A program made the translations under genes and the position numbers. The notes beneath the pieces are model-generated. The model was not told the DNA's origin and searched no databases. It saw only the letters and a program-made list of their open reading frames with translations. A stretch of 64,000 nt of DNA from Escherichia phage radambza, in sequence record MN850639.1; one strand, 5' to 3'. Shown here in pieces: positions 54,918 through 62,960 of this stretch. Each line of letters starts with the position of its first letter. Positions within the stretch are counted from its first letter, which is position 1.

Positions 54918-55166
54918 TTAGTTAGTGCCTTCTTTGTCGTAGTACAGGGAGACAATTTTTTCACCCCAGTAGTGGTATGTATAACCCTCTTTGAGAGCTT
55001 CCTGTTTTGTTTCTTTCCAGAATTCATCAGAGGGGTTGTAGTCACTGATGGTCTGGCTGATAAGGCCTTTCACCATTTCAAAGGCGTTATCAGTACCTAC
55101 AAGGTCAAATTTAACGTCCAGAGAGTAGAAGCCAAATTCGTTAACAGTTGCGCGGATAGTAGCCAT
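54918..55166 (-). CDS. hypothetical protein (82 aa)
   Basis: Preceded by cassette A copy 1. Confidence 0.5.
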   Translation of the reverse strand: MATIRATVNEFGFYSLDVKFDLVGTDNAFEMVKGLISQTISDYNPSDEFWKETKQEALKEGYTYHYWGEKIVSLYYDKEGTN

Positions 55167-55271
55167 TTTTGAATCTCCAGTTTAGGAAGTTGATTAAGGG
55201 TTTTATTTAGTGGGGAAGGTCATTCCCTCCCCGTTGATTGACAATTTACAAACTTTTGATTGTCTCGTCAA
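55167..55271 (-). promoter_or_regulatory. cassette A copy 1: sigma70-like promoter + 5' hairpin + RBS
   Basis: Minus strand TTGACG-17 bp-TAAATT, then hairpin GGGGAGGG-AAUGA-CCUUCCCC, then GGAGAUUCAAAAAUG. Confidence 0.55.
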
Positions 55272-55776
55272 TATCTTTTTCAATATCTTTTAAAGTTTTT
55301 TCTAAGTTCTTGATATTGAAAGATAAGCCTTCCCCCAGTGTCTTAGAGTAACCGCTAGGACGTGAGTCATAGAGTTCGATTTCTTCCACTTCGAAGAGGC
55401 TAACCAACTCACCGCTTACACTGTAAGCCATTGAAACAGTATTTACAGGGGCTTTATAGAACTTGTTTAAAGACTTGATAGAACGCTCGTAAGCCATTTT
55501 ATAGCCATTTAAAAGGTCTTTAACGTGGTTACGAACGTTTTTACACTCATCTAAGTAAATCTCTAAGAATAACGGTAATAATTCTGCTACAGCTTGCATA
55601 AAGTGAGAGACTACAACGGTTGCAACATTACGACGATGGATATAATAAGCCCCGTTTTCTGATTTGGTGATGGTTGCAAAGTGTACACCGTTGCAGCGGA
55701 ATTCATAGGTATCTTTAACAGGCTTAGACATTACAGCATTTGAGCGAATGTAGTTGATAGCTCGAAATTTGTTCAT
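55246..55776 (-). CDS. hypothetical protein (176 aa)
   Basis: Track ORF reads through the cassette; trimmed to the ATG that directly follows the cassette RBS. Confidence 0.5.
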   Translation of the reverse strand: MNKFRAINYIRSNAVMSKPVKDTYEFRCNGVHFATITKSENGAYYIHRRNVATVVVSHFMQAVAELLPLFLEIYLDECKNVRNHVKDLLNGYKMAYERSIKSLNKFYKAPVNTVSMAYSVSGELVSLFEVEEIELYDSRPSGYSKTLGEGLSFNIKNLEKTLKDIEKDIDETIKSL

Positions 55777-55868
55777 TTTTGAATCTCCTAGTTTAAGGAC
55801 TTTGTTTAGTGGGGAGGTCATTACCTCCCGTTGATTAGTAATTTACTTGTTTTGATATCTGATTGCAA
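55777..55868 (-). promoter_or_regulatory. cassette A copy 2
   Basis: TTGCAA-17-TAAATT, hairpin GGGAGGUAAUGACCUCCC, RBS AGGAGA, ATG. Confidence 0.55.
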
Positions 55869-55997
55869 GCAATTTTTTAAGTTTATCTATAAAGAATCTT
55901 TTAAGTTAATCCCTTTTAGATAAACCCCCTCGAACAAATCTACCAATGTCAAGGGGCGTTGTCAATACTTTTTTGAAAGTTTTTTGTAAGTTATTGA

Positions 55998-56339
55998 TTA
56001 ACTGATGAATATTTTTTCAGGTTTTACATAGCTGATACGCTGACTTTTTAGCAGGTCATCCCAGATTAACGCGGCGATATGGGCATAACCGGATTCACGT
56101 AATAACTTCATCGTTTTACATCTCGTTTCAAATCGGGTTGCGTAGAACTCGCTGTTTAAAGTCGTTTTCTTCCCTTCATTGTCTACATGGATAATCTGCA
56201 TCACTTGAAAGGGGCTTGTGTCCTCGCCTTTGTTCCACTGTTCAAAGTATTTTAGGCACTGCATAGGCGACATCTTATCACTAACCTGAGTTGACCAAGA
56301 TGAACCCTCTTTATCAGTAATTACGGTTACATAAGCCAT
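55998..56339 (-). CDS. hypothetical protein (113 aa)
   Basis: Trimmed to the ATG after the cassette RBS. Confidence 0.5.
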   Translation of the reverse strand: MAYVTVITDKEGSSWSTQVSDKMSPMQCLKYFEQWNKGEDTSPFQVMQIIHVDNEGKKTTLNSEFYATRFETRCKTMKLLRESGYAHIAALIWDDLLKSQRISYVKPEKIFIS

Positions 56340-56432
56340 TTTTTGAATCTCCAGTTTAGGATTTTGTTTAGTGGGGAAGGTCATTCCCTCCCCGTTGATG
56401 TGTAATTTACAGATTTTTATCAGGCTTGTCTA
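56340..56432 (-). promoter_or_regulatory. cassette A copy 3
   Basis: TAGACA-17-TAAATT, hairpin GGGGAGGGAAUGACCUUCCCC, RBS GGAGA. Confidence 0.5.
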
Positions 56433-56663
56433 GTCTTTTTCTATAATTATTTCATATTGACCGTCTACACTATCGAAATAGATACCATCTTCATCTTCTG
56501 TCTTAAAGTAACATTGTATGTCATCACTGGCGGGATAGTCTTGTCTTGCTATCTGGCAAACTTGAATAGCATTTTCTTTACTTCCTGTAAACTCCTCAAG
56601 CCCTTTAAAATCACATGAATGGCCATTACAAATTGAGAGGATGAGATAAACGGTTGTTAGCAT
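56430..56663 (-). CDS. hypothetical Cys-containing small protein (77 aa)
   Basis: Hydrophobic N-terminus then acidic region; no cassette directly upstream. Confidence 0.45.
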   Translation of the reverse strand: MLTTVYLILSICNGHSCDFKGLEEFTGSKENAIQVCQIARQDYPASDDIQCYFKTEDEDGIYFDSVDGQYEIIIEKD

Positions 56664-56675
56664 GATTTAAGCCCT

Positions 56676-56697
56676 CTAAAAGCCCCTACAAGGGGCT
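56676..56697 (-). terminator. possible intra-array terminator or attenuator hairpin
   Basis: AGCCCCT-TGT-AGGGGCT hairpin then a short U run on the minus strand. Confidence 0.3.
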
Positions 56698-56729
56698 AAT
56701 CAGTGTTTATAAGGTGATTGTGTAGGTTT

Positions 56730-57272
56730 TTAGAAAAAGCTCTTTAAATCCTCTTCTGCGATGTTTCCCGTTAGTGTGTCCATGATGTCACAAAAAACCT
56801 GAATACTGTCCGACTGTTGGACACTTTTAGCAAGAAGCTCCAGAGACTCATCAAGATAATTTAAATTTGGGTTATCCAATGAAGGAAGACAAAAAGGCGA
56901 ATACATAGCGTTAAACTCTGTTACGTAAACCTTTTTAATCCAATTTAAATCGAAGTATTCTGTAAAACTTGCTACGCCAGACATATTATCACAAGAATAA
57001 TCGTCATTTAGGTCATCCTCTGGGATATCAAGTTCTAAGATAACAATATTTTGGGTTTTCATCTGGAAAGCGGCCGTAATAGTGGCATTACCTAACGCTT
57101 GCTGGATACCTTCAGAGATTATCTCTTCCTCATCGTCGCCATAGATTTTATTTTCTGGGTACACGTAAAAATTGCCGTCCATATCCGAACAATTCCATGC
57201 ACCTGATGGCTTGTCACCGTTATTAATCAGGTTGAGGAAATTTTCTTGGGTAGTTCCGTGATAGCATTTCAT
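56730..57272 (-). CDS. hypothetical acidic protein (180 aa)
   Basis: Preceded by cassette B copy 1. Confidence 0.5.
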   Translation of the reverse strand: MKCYHGTTQENFLNLINNGDKPSGAWNCSDMDGNFYVYPENKIYGDDEEEIISEGIQQALGNATITAAFQMKTQNIVILELDIPEDDLNDDYSCDNMSGVASFTEYFDLNWIKKVYVTEFNAMYSPFCLPSLDNPNLNYLDESLELLAKSVQQSDSIQVFCDIMDTLTGNIAEEDLKSFF

Positions 57273-57363
57273 TTTTGAATCTCCTAGTTTAAGGATTGAG
57301 TGATTAAGCTCTTTATCTGGGGCTTAAGATATCAACTTCCAAGCCCCCTGTAAAGTACTTTAT
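57273..57363 (-). promoter_or_regulatory. cassette B copy 1: palindrome + hairpin + RBS
   Basis: Minus strand near-palindrome TGTAAAGTACTTTAT, hairpin GGGGGCUUGGAAGUUGAUAUCUUAAGCCCC, then GGAGAUUCAAAAAUG. Confidence 0.5.
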
Positions 57364-57563
57364 TTGTTATTTTTGACAACTTTTAAAACTGCAAGATAAC
57401 CTAAGCAATAAGAATCACCGAAGAGAGTCCTACCCATGAAAGAGTCCTCTTTGATATCCTTTGCAGTGACAGTTTTCTCTACGCCGTGGGAAAGGACTAC
57501 ATCACCAACTTTAATATCTTTGATGTGAGTTGTTTCAATGTGTAAGCCGTTAATAATAGCCAT
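57360..57563 (-). CDS. hypothetical protein (67 aa)
   Basis: Preceded by cassette A copy 4. Confidence 0.45.
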   Translation of the reverse strand: MAIINGLHIETTHIKDIKVGDVVLSHGVEKTVTAKDIKEDSFMGRTLFGDSYCLGYLAVLKVVKNNK

Positions 57564-57654
57564 TTTAGAATCTCCAGTTTAGGATTTTATTTAGTGGGAA
57601 GGTCATCCCCTTCCCGTTGATGTGTAATTTAATCTATCTAAAAACCAGTGTCAA
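57564..57654 (-). promoter_or_regulatory. cassette A copy 4
   Basis: TTGACA-17-TAAATT, hairpin GGGAAGGGGAUGACCUUCCC, RBS GGAGA. Confidence 0.6.
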
Positions 57655-57663
57655 CAAAATTTT

Positions 57664-58068
57664 TTAGAGTTCTGCATAAATTGCATCACAGACATCGCGA
57701 AAATCATGATTTGTCAAATTACGTTGTAACCAAGTGGCAAAGAAATCAGCGATTGCAAAATTAGCGTCATACTCGACAGATAACCATACTTTCACGGCAA
57801 ATCGAAACATTTTTAAATCAAGCTCTTTATTCATTACCTTCGATTTGCCTAACATGTCAGCCATTTCATATTGCGCACCGTCTAGCGTGATACCTGCTGC
57901 AACGTCAGCCAATGAACTTTTTACGTTTTCAACGTCTAAGATAACGCTTTGAATCTTTCCGATAATGTTGTGCAATGTTTCATCAGGCGCTGATGACGTC
58001 ATGATATTGATTCGATTAACGGTCAAGCGTGCTTTTAAGATTGATAATTCACGGTTATTAATAGCCAT
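57664..58068 (-). CDS. hypothetical protein (134 aa)
   Basis: Preceded by cassette B copy 2. Confidence 0.5.
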   Translation of the reverse strand: MAINNRELSILKARLTVNRINIMTSSAPDETLHNIIGKIQSVILDVENVKSSLADVAAGITLDGAQYEMADMLGKSKVMNKELDLKMFRFAVKVWLSVEYDANFAIADFFATWLQRNLTNHDFRDVCDAIYAEL

Positions 58069-58158
58069 TTTAGAATCTCCAATTTAGGATTGAGTGGTAA
58101 AGTTCTTTATCTGGGGCTTACTTTATCGAACTATAAGCCCCCTGTAAAGTACTTTACA
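58069..58158 (-). promoter_or_regulatory. cassette B copy 2
   Basis: Perfect 16 bp palindrome TGTAAAGTACTTTACA (58143-58158), hairpin GGGGCUUAUAGUUCGAUAAAGUAAGCCCC, RBS UGGAGA. Confidence 0.55.
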
Positions 58159-58426
58159 CTAAATGCAGTTTTTTACCTTTTACTATAATGTAACTCGATG
58201 CACTATTGCTTTGCACATCCTGATAAATTCTGCGCAAACGGCCTTCATAGTGTACTTTCCAACTGGTTGGAATCTTTTTACCGTATCCGGTAGCAGTTTT
58301 TTGGAGTCCTGCGACTTGCCAATCTAAGATATGTTGTTCAGCTTGTAAGTCTTCAAAGTGCATGACACCATCTACATAGTGACGTAGTGTGACATTTAAA
58401 GTGCGACCGTTGTTAGTAGTATACAT
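58154..58426 (-). CDS. hypothetical protein (90 aa)
   Basis: Preceded by cassette A copy 5. Confidence 0.5.
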   Translation of the reverse strand: MYTTNNGRTLNVTLRHYVDGVMHFEDLQAEQHILDWQVAGLQKTATGYGKKIPTSWKVHYEGRLRRIYQDVQSNSASSYIIVKGKKLHLV

Positions 58427-58518
58427 TTTAGAATCTCCAGTTTAGGACTTTATTTAGTGGGGAAGGTCATCCCCTTCCCGTTGATGTGTAATTTAATCTA
58501 TCTAAAAATCAGTGTCAA
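58427..58518 (-). promoter_or_regulatory. cassette A copy 5
   Basis: TTGACA (58513-58518 rc)-17-TAAATT (58490-58495 rc), hairpin GGGAAGGGGAUGACCUUCCCC, RBS GGAGA. Confidence 0.6.
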
Positions 58519-58847
58519 GAATTTTGTTTTCGTTTGCTCAACTCTTGAACAATTACAGCATGATAGTCTTTCAAGTCACTGATGTTTAAAGCATTTATCA
58601 GAGAATTATAATCATCAACTAACTGAAAATCATCTTTGAAGATGTCACTTATCTGATAGGTTTTGGCTTTATATCTGAAGCTCATCTCTAGCCGCTTTAT
58701 TTGCTCATCACTGAGACGTCCTAGAAAGCTTTCTACAAGGTTATTGCTAACCTGCTGTGTGATTGCCTTATTTGCTAGATTATAGGCTTTATATGCCTTA
58801 TATAGCGCGAAAATGGCAATGATTGCAGTGATACCAGTCATTAACAT
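58515..58847 (-). CDS. hypothetical membrane protein (110 aa)
   Basis: N-terminal TM GITAIIAIFALY; overlaps the upstream gene end, so co-transcribed without its own cassette. Confidence 0.5.
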   Translation of the reverse strand: MLMTGITAIIAIFALYKAYKAYNLANKAITQQVSNNLVESFLGRLSDEQIKRLEMSFRYKAKTYQISDIFKDDFQLVDDYNSLINALNISDLKDYHAVIVQELSKRKQNS

Positions 58848-59137
58848 GGTGTTTCCTCTTTACGTGATACTTTGCCACTTACAGTTATCTCATAAGATTC
58901 TAATAAATCGCTTTTAGACTTTACAGGGCTTTTAAAAGTATCATCGTAAATATTGACTTGCAATACAGGTTTTTTATACTCCCTGCAACTACTCCATAAG
59001 CAAATCACTACACGACGGCCTTTGATTTTTCCGTGTAACCATTCCATAACATCATGACTATTCCTTGATGTTTCAATGAAATCAATTTTATTAAGTAACT
59101 TGCTTAGATTTTCACGGACTTTATTTGATAGTTTCAT
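58841..59137 (-). CDS. hypothetical protein (98 aa)
   Basis: Preceded by cassette B copy 3. Confidence 0.5.
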   Translation of the reverse strand: MKLSNKVRENLSKLLNKIDFIETSRNSHDVMEWLHGKIKGRRVVICLWSSCREYKKPVLQVNIYDDTFKSPVKSKSDLLESYEITVSGKVSRKEETPC

Positions 59138-59226
59138 TTTTGAATCTCCAGTTTAGGATTTAGTGGTAAAGCTCTTTATCTGGGGCTTACTTTATCGAAC
59201 TATAAGCCCCTTGTAAAGTACTTTAT
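59138..59226 (-). promoter_or_regulatory. cassette B copy 3
   Basis: Near-palindrome TGTAAAGTACTTTAT, same GGGGCUUAUAGUUCGAUAAAGUAAGCCCC hairpin, RBS GGAGA. Confidence 0.5.
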
Positions 59227-59606
59227 CAGTTAATTTTGAAGATTGTTACATAACCATCGCTCCCGATGATTTGTGATACTCCAGCTTTTTCTACTTGATA
59301 GCCCATATTTTCAAGATGATAAATAGCGTCATCGTAACCATATGCGCCACCCTGATAACGTCTCTTATCGCATCTTATCAGGTTTTTTCCACGCCCAGCA
59401 AGTGCATGTAGAATTGTTTTTTCACTTGAAAGAGTGCCATCTAACATGGTTGCCGTGTAATGGTTGATTTTATTCCCGTTGATATCATACTTAAAATTGA
59501 ACGAGTGAACAACAATCACATTACCTTTGAAATTTTCATCAAGTGACTTCTCCAGTACGCTACGAAAGTTGTCTTTGTTGATGAATTTAGGCGCACGATA
59601 TTTCAT
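59226..59606 (-). CDS. hypothetical protein (126 aa)
   Basis: First gene of the array; preceded by cassette A copy 6. Confidence 0.5.
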   Translation of the reverse strand: MKYRAPKFINKDNFRSVLEKSLDENFKGNVIVVHSFNFKYDINGNKINHYTATMLDGTLSSEKTILHALAGRGKNLIRCDKRRYQGGAYGYDDAIYHLENMGYQVEKAGVSQIIGSDGYVTIFKIN

Positions 59607-59698
59607 TTTTGAATCTCCAGTTTAGGACTTTATTTAGTGGGGAAGGTCATTCCCTCCCCGTTGATGCAAATACTAGATAACCCCGTTCAAAGAGTCAA
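59607..59698 (-). promoter_or_regulatory. cassette A copy 6
   Basis: TTGACT-17-TAGTAT, hairpin GGGGAGGGAAUGACCUUCCCC, RBS GGAGA. Confidence 0.55.
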
Positions 59699-59819
59699 GA
59701 AAAATTTTAAAAATATCTTTGGCAAAACTGTAATGAAACGGGCGCACACGACTACCACAAAACAGAACACAAATCAAGAATTATTTTTCAATCCGCTACA
59801 AATTTTTCTCTTGACTTTT

Positions 59820-59850
59820 GGGGAGAGGGGGAGTAAGAGGGGGAGAGGGG
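59820..59850 (+). repeat. G-run tract (possible G-quadruplex former)
   Basis: GGGGAGAGGGGGAGTAAGAGGGGGAGAGGGG: four G runs of 4-5 in 31 nt within an AT-rich genome. Confidence 0.5.
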
Positions 59851-59869
59851 TTGGTCTGGCTCTCTATAA

Positions 59870-60050
59870 AAACCTACCTGCACGATTCTAAAATGATTTT
59901 TCTTGCCCGACCTGAGCGGGGTCTGCACGTTTTGAAAATGAAAAAGCCCTTTGGAGATTACCTGCACAGTTTGAAAATGAATTTTCTCTTTGGAGTTCAA
60001 AATTTTCTCTACAGATTTCTATACAGAACTCTACCTGCACAATCCTGAAA
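59870..60050 (+). repeat. four dispersed repeats YCTGCAC-N-TT-N-GAAAATGAA
   Basis: CCTGCACGATTCTAAAATGA, TCTGCACGTTTTGAAAATGAAAAAGCCCT, CCTGCACAGTTTGAAAATGAA, CCTGCACAATCCTGAAATGAAAAAGCCCT. Confidence 0.5.
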
Positions 60051-60126
60051 TGAAAAAGCCCTCCTTACCTGAAAAATTTACCAGATAAGAAAGGCTTAGT
60101 CTATTATGAATATTCTACAGAGTTTC

Positions 60127-60912
60127 TTAGTTCTTTGCGTCTAAGAAGGTAACTTCTGGTGAAGAGAAGATTGCCTCGATATCCTCATCAGTTCTTGCAT
60201 AGATATAAGCTTCTGCATCACTACCAAATGTTACAGCAATTCTGTGATTGCTCTTCGACAGGTGGGTAACTAGAGCGTTGCTTAGAGACATCTTTTCAAC
60301 CGGAGGGTTACTTTGATGTATCTTACCTTTTCTTCGTCTGAAGAGGGTAACTGCATTATCCGTGAACACTGCTACACCTGCAAAGTATCCTGGCTCACAG
60401 TAGTTTTTCCAACCTGAGAGTAACTTGTGGTACATATCACCTTCATAGACATACAGATAGACATCTACACTCTTCATCACCTGATTGATGATAACTGTGA
60501 CAGCTTGAGGGTCAAGTCCACCGATACCTGCACCAATCATAGGTAGACCGACTTTCTTCAACTGATTCACTTCACAGTATCTGTTAAGTTGCTTCAAAGA
60601 TGACTCTAAAGCACTGTATCGGGCATCTTTACCAGTCTTAAGCTGAGTGTAAAGGTTAGCTATACGACCTTGTTTTAAGCGTGCTACAGAGAAATTACCT
60701 AGTAAATTCTCACAAGGTTTGTGACCTATACCACCTGCATAGAGATAAACTTCTGTATCGGTCTCATATGCTTTTGGGTAAAGTTTAGAAATCTTGTCAG
60801 CGATACCTGCACCCATTAGGTTCATGCAGTTACAACCATGACCAATGATGTCAAACTTACCTTTATCAAATGCAGCAAAGATATCACCATTGATGATTTT
60901 TACAATACCCAT
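60127..60912 (-). CDS. macro-domain-like protein (putative ADP-ribose binding/hydrolase) with C-terminal extension
   Basis: N-terminal GDI...DIIGHGCNCMNLMGAGIADKI and later GLPMIGAGIGGLD resemble the two macro-domain signature blocks; 261 aa. Confidence 0.5.
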   Translation of the reverse strand: MGIVKIINGDIFAAFDKGKFDIIGHGCNCMNLMGAGIADKISKLYPKAYETDTEVYLYAGGIGHKPCENLLGNFSVARLKQGRIANLYTQLKTGKDARYSALESSLKQLNRYCEVNQLKKVGLPMIGAGIGGLDPQAVTVIINQVMKSVDVYLYVYEGDMYHKLLSGWKNYCEPGYFAGVAVFTDNAVTLFRRRKGKIHQSNPPVEKMSLSNALVTHLSKSNHRIAVTFGSDAEAYIYARTDEDIEAIFSSPEVTFLDAKN

Positions 60913-61113
60913 TTAACATCTCTCCCAAGATTCTTTATCCTCTGAAGGCTTTACACGTTGCCCTTCGTGGTCTACCCAGATGCACCCACAACCTTCACAG
61001 ATTACTGGCATTGCATAACCAGCTTTAAAGTCATCTTCAGTGATAAGACCTTTTAAGTCACCTGTATCACGTCCAAACATTTCTATAGAACAGTCTTTGC
61101 AGAAGTCAGCCAT
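60913..61113 (-). CDS. zinc-binding small protein (66 aa)
   Basis: CKDC ... CEGCGC cysteine pairs. Confidence 0.45.
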   Translation of the reverse strand: MADFCKDCSIEMFGRDTGDLKGLITEDDFKAGYAMPVICEGCGCIWVDHEGQRVKPSEDKESWERC

Positions 61114-61125
61114 ATCATATACACC

Positions 61126-61353
61126 TTATAGTTCAGTTTCTCGTAATTCTTTGCCTTCATCATAGAAGCATTTATAGAATGTATCTATAGAAATTCTGGC
61201 AAAGGTAAGGTCTTCAAAGTATTCTTCTGGAGTTATCCCTGTAAAACTAAAGCTATCGAGATTGTAAAATGGTATCACTGTGTCGTTACTAACGAAAACA
61301 CATGCTGATGTCACTTCTCCAGTATCTTTATCAATTACCTCTAGAGCCTTCAT
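61126..61353 (-). CDS. hypothetical protein (75 aa)
   Basis: ORF track. Confidence 0.4.
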   Translation of the reverse strand: MKALEVIDKDTGEVTSACVFVSNDTVIPFYNLDSFSFTGITPEEYFEDLTFARISIDTFYKCFYDEGKELRETEL

Positions 61354-61654
61354 AGTTTACCTTCTCAGTTAGCTCATATAAATCAACATGCTCAATACTG
61401 TCAATGTGGATATCAATCTTTTTGAAACGCTCCATCACTTCGTTATCAGTCATCCATATCAGACACCAATGATTATGGATGGATTCTTCAAGAAGTTCAA
61501 CACAATCTTTAAAAGTTTTTGTATCACTTCTCGTTCCAACTACTGCGATTGTTCCATATAGCCACCCACCATTGCCATAAGATACTTGCGCTACGCCAAC
61601 TTCTTTACCTTTCTCGTAGTAAACGGCTACAAAGTCTCTTCCATTAATCTGCAT
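61331..61654 (-). CDS. hypothetical protein (107 aa)
   Basis: ORF track. Confidence 0.45.
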   Translation of the reverse strand: MQINGRDFVAVYYEKGKEVGVAQVSYGNGGWLYGTIAVVGTRSDTKTFKDCVELLEESIHNHWCLIWMTDNEVMERFKKIDIHIDSIEHVDLYELTEKVNYEGSRGN

Positions 61655-61656
61655 AG

Positions 61657-61926
61657 TTACTTCCTCGTTTTAAGAACTGCTAAGATTTCTTTAGAATCTG
61701 GTAAGAACCATGTGTAGTGATTCTCTTTGATTTCTGGATGAGTGTCAACCTTTATTTTGCACTCTTTACCAACATGCTTAAGCTGTGCTGTGACACCTTG
61801 CATAAAGATATGACACATCACATTATCCATAATGGTTGGCAAGAAGTCAATTCGCATATAAGTTTCTTTTGGTCGTGGTAACAGTAAGTAACCTTCTACA
61901 TAGAAAGTGTCTTGATTCTCTGTCAT
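61657..61926 (-). CDS. hypothetical protein (89 aa)
   Basis: ORF track. Confidence 0.45.
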   Translation of the reverse strand: MTENQDTFYVEGYLLLPRPKETYMRIDFLPTIMDNVMCHIFMQGVTAQLKHVGKECKIKVDTHPEIKENHYTWFLPDSKEILAVLKTRK

Positions 61927-62192
61927 TGCTGCTTATTCCCTAATAAAATCATGTCAATAAGGTTATTAGCTTTAATTGTACACTGGTAAAAGCCGTCACG
62001 GTAGAACTCAAGTGCTGCTGCTACATCACTGCCTGTGTTGCCTTTGATGATATACCGTGATTCTTCTTGAGTGTACTTATCACTCTCACTTACTTGGGAG
62101 TTTTTGAATGTACTGCTCACTTTGTTCGTTGAACACCCTGACATAATTATCAGTAACACAAACATTATAAAACTCTGGCTTAGTTTTTTCAT
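61923..62192 (-). CDS. o-spanin (Rz1-like outer-membrane lipoprotein)
   Basis: Signal peptide with lipobox IIMSGC; gene overlaps the 3' end of the i-spanin gene in another frame. Confidence 0.55.
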   Translation of the reverse strand: MKKLSQSFIMFVLLIIMSGCSTNKVSSTFKNSQVSESDKYTQEESRYIIKGNTGSDVAAALEFYRDGFYQCTIKANNLIDMILLGNKQQ

Positions 62193-62433
62193 ATGTTAGT
62201 ACCTCTTTTGTGTGCTTATTCTTAGCAAGCACATCTTTCAAATCATTTTTGTAATTGGTGCTCAGTGTAACTAATCCTTCCTGATAAGCATCTTTAGCAA
62301 CACTTATTAGCTTCTCATTGCTTAACTCAGCTTCAGCAACTTGGTAGTCTCTGTAAGAGTATCCTCCCCAGACACCCGCCCCAGCTAAGAAAACAATTAT
62401 GAAAGTGGCTTGACAGAACTCTTTAAATGTCAT
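62086..62433 (-). CDS. i-spanin (Rz-like)
   Basis: N-terminal TM (FIIVFLAGAGVWGG) followed by charged helical periplasmic domain; 115 aa. Confidence 0.55.
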   Translation of the reverse strand: MTFKEFCQATFIIVFLAGAGVWGGYSYRDYQVAEAELSNEKLISVAKDAYQEGLVTLSTNYKNDLKDVLAKNKHTKEVLTYEKTKPEFYNVCVTDNYVRVFNEQSEQYIQKLPSK

Positions 62434-62453
62434 TTAGCAATCTCCTGAAATGA

Positions 62454-62474
62454 AAAAGGCTCCCGAAGGAGCCT
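62454..62474 (-). terminator. rho-independent terminator
   Basis: Minus strand GGCTCC-TTCG-GGAGCC followed by TTTTT; same hairpin as the terminator at 48071. Confidence 0.5.
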
Positions 62475-62485
62475 GTATCTTAACC

Positions 62486-62950
62486 TTAACCGAGGACTTT
62501 AGCAAGGATATTCGCAGCCATCGAAGAAGCTTTTGCAGCAGCAACTACGCCAGCTTTGACAGTGCTATCCTTAATAGCAGATACCGTTGCAGCATCAGTA
62601 AAGAGATAAGTGATTGTTTTAGAACCACTTGTAAAGGAAAGCATAAGAGTAGTTTCCAGATTGAAAGAGCGATACGGAGCACCTTCTTTAACGATACCTT
62701 CAGCACCTAACTCTGAAGCCTTACCCATATCATAGATAGTCATCAGGTTTTCTTTGTGTGCAGTCGTTGAACCAGCACCTTTTACGTGTTTTTTAACATT
62801 CAATAATGCACGATATTCACGAATGCTGCCATCAGCTTTTACATTAACAGCACGGAAAATTTTACCTTCAAAGTTACCTTGAATCATTTTACGAACTATT
62901 GCAGATTTGTTTACCGTATCGTCCAGTGCTACCGTAATGATATTGTTCAT
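62486..62950 (-). CDS. hypothetical protein (154 aa)
   Basis: ORF track; Ala/Lys-rich C-terminus. Confidence 0.5.
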   Translation of the reverse strand: MNNIITVALDDTVNKSAIVRKMIQGNFEGKIFRAVNVKADGSIREYRALLNVKKHVKGAGSTTAHKENLMTIYDMGKASELGAEGIVKEGAPYRSFNLETTLMLSFTSGSKTITYLFTDAATVSAIKDSTVKAGVVAAAKASSMAANILAKVLG

Positions 62951-62960
62951 AAGTTTTCTC

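Noticed and set aside
59637-60048. Plus-strand ORFs of 84 and 76 aa in the repeat region
   Set aside because: They run through the G-rich tract and CTGCAC repeats (poly-Gly/Arg translation) with no RBS.
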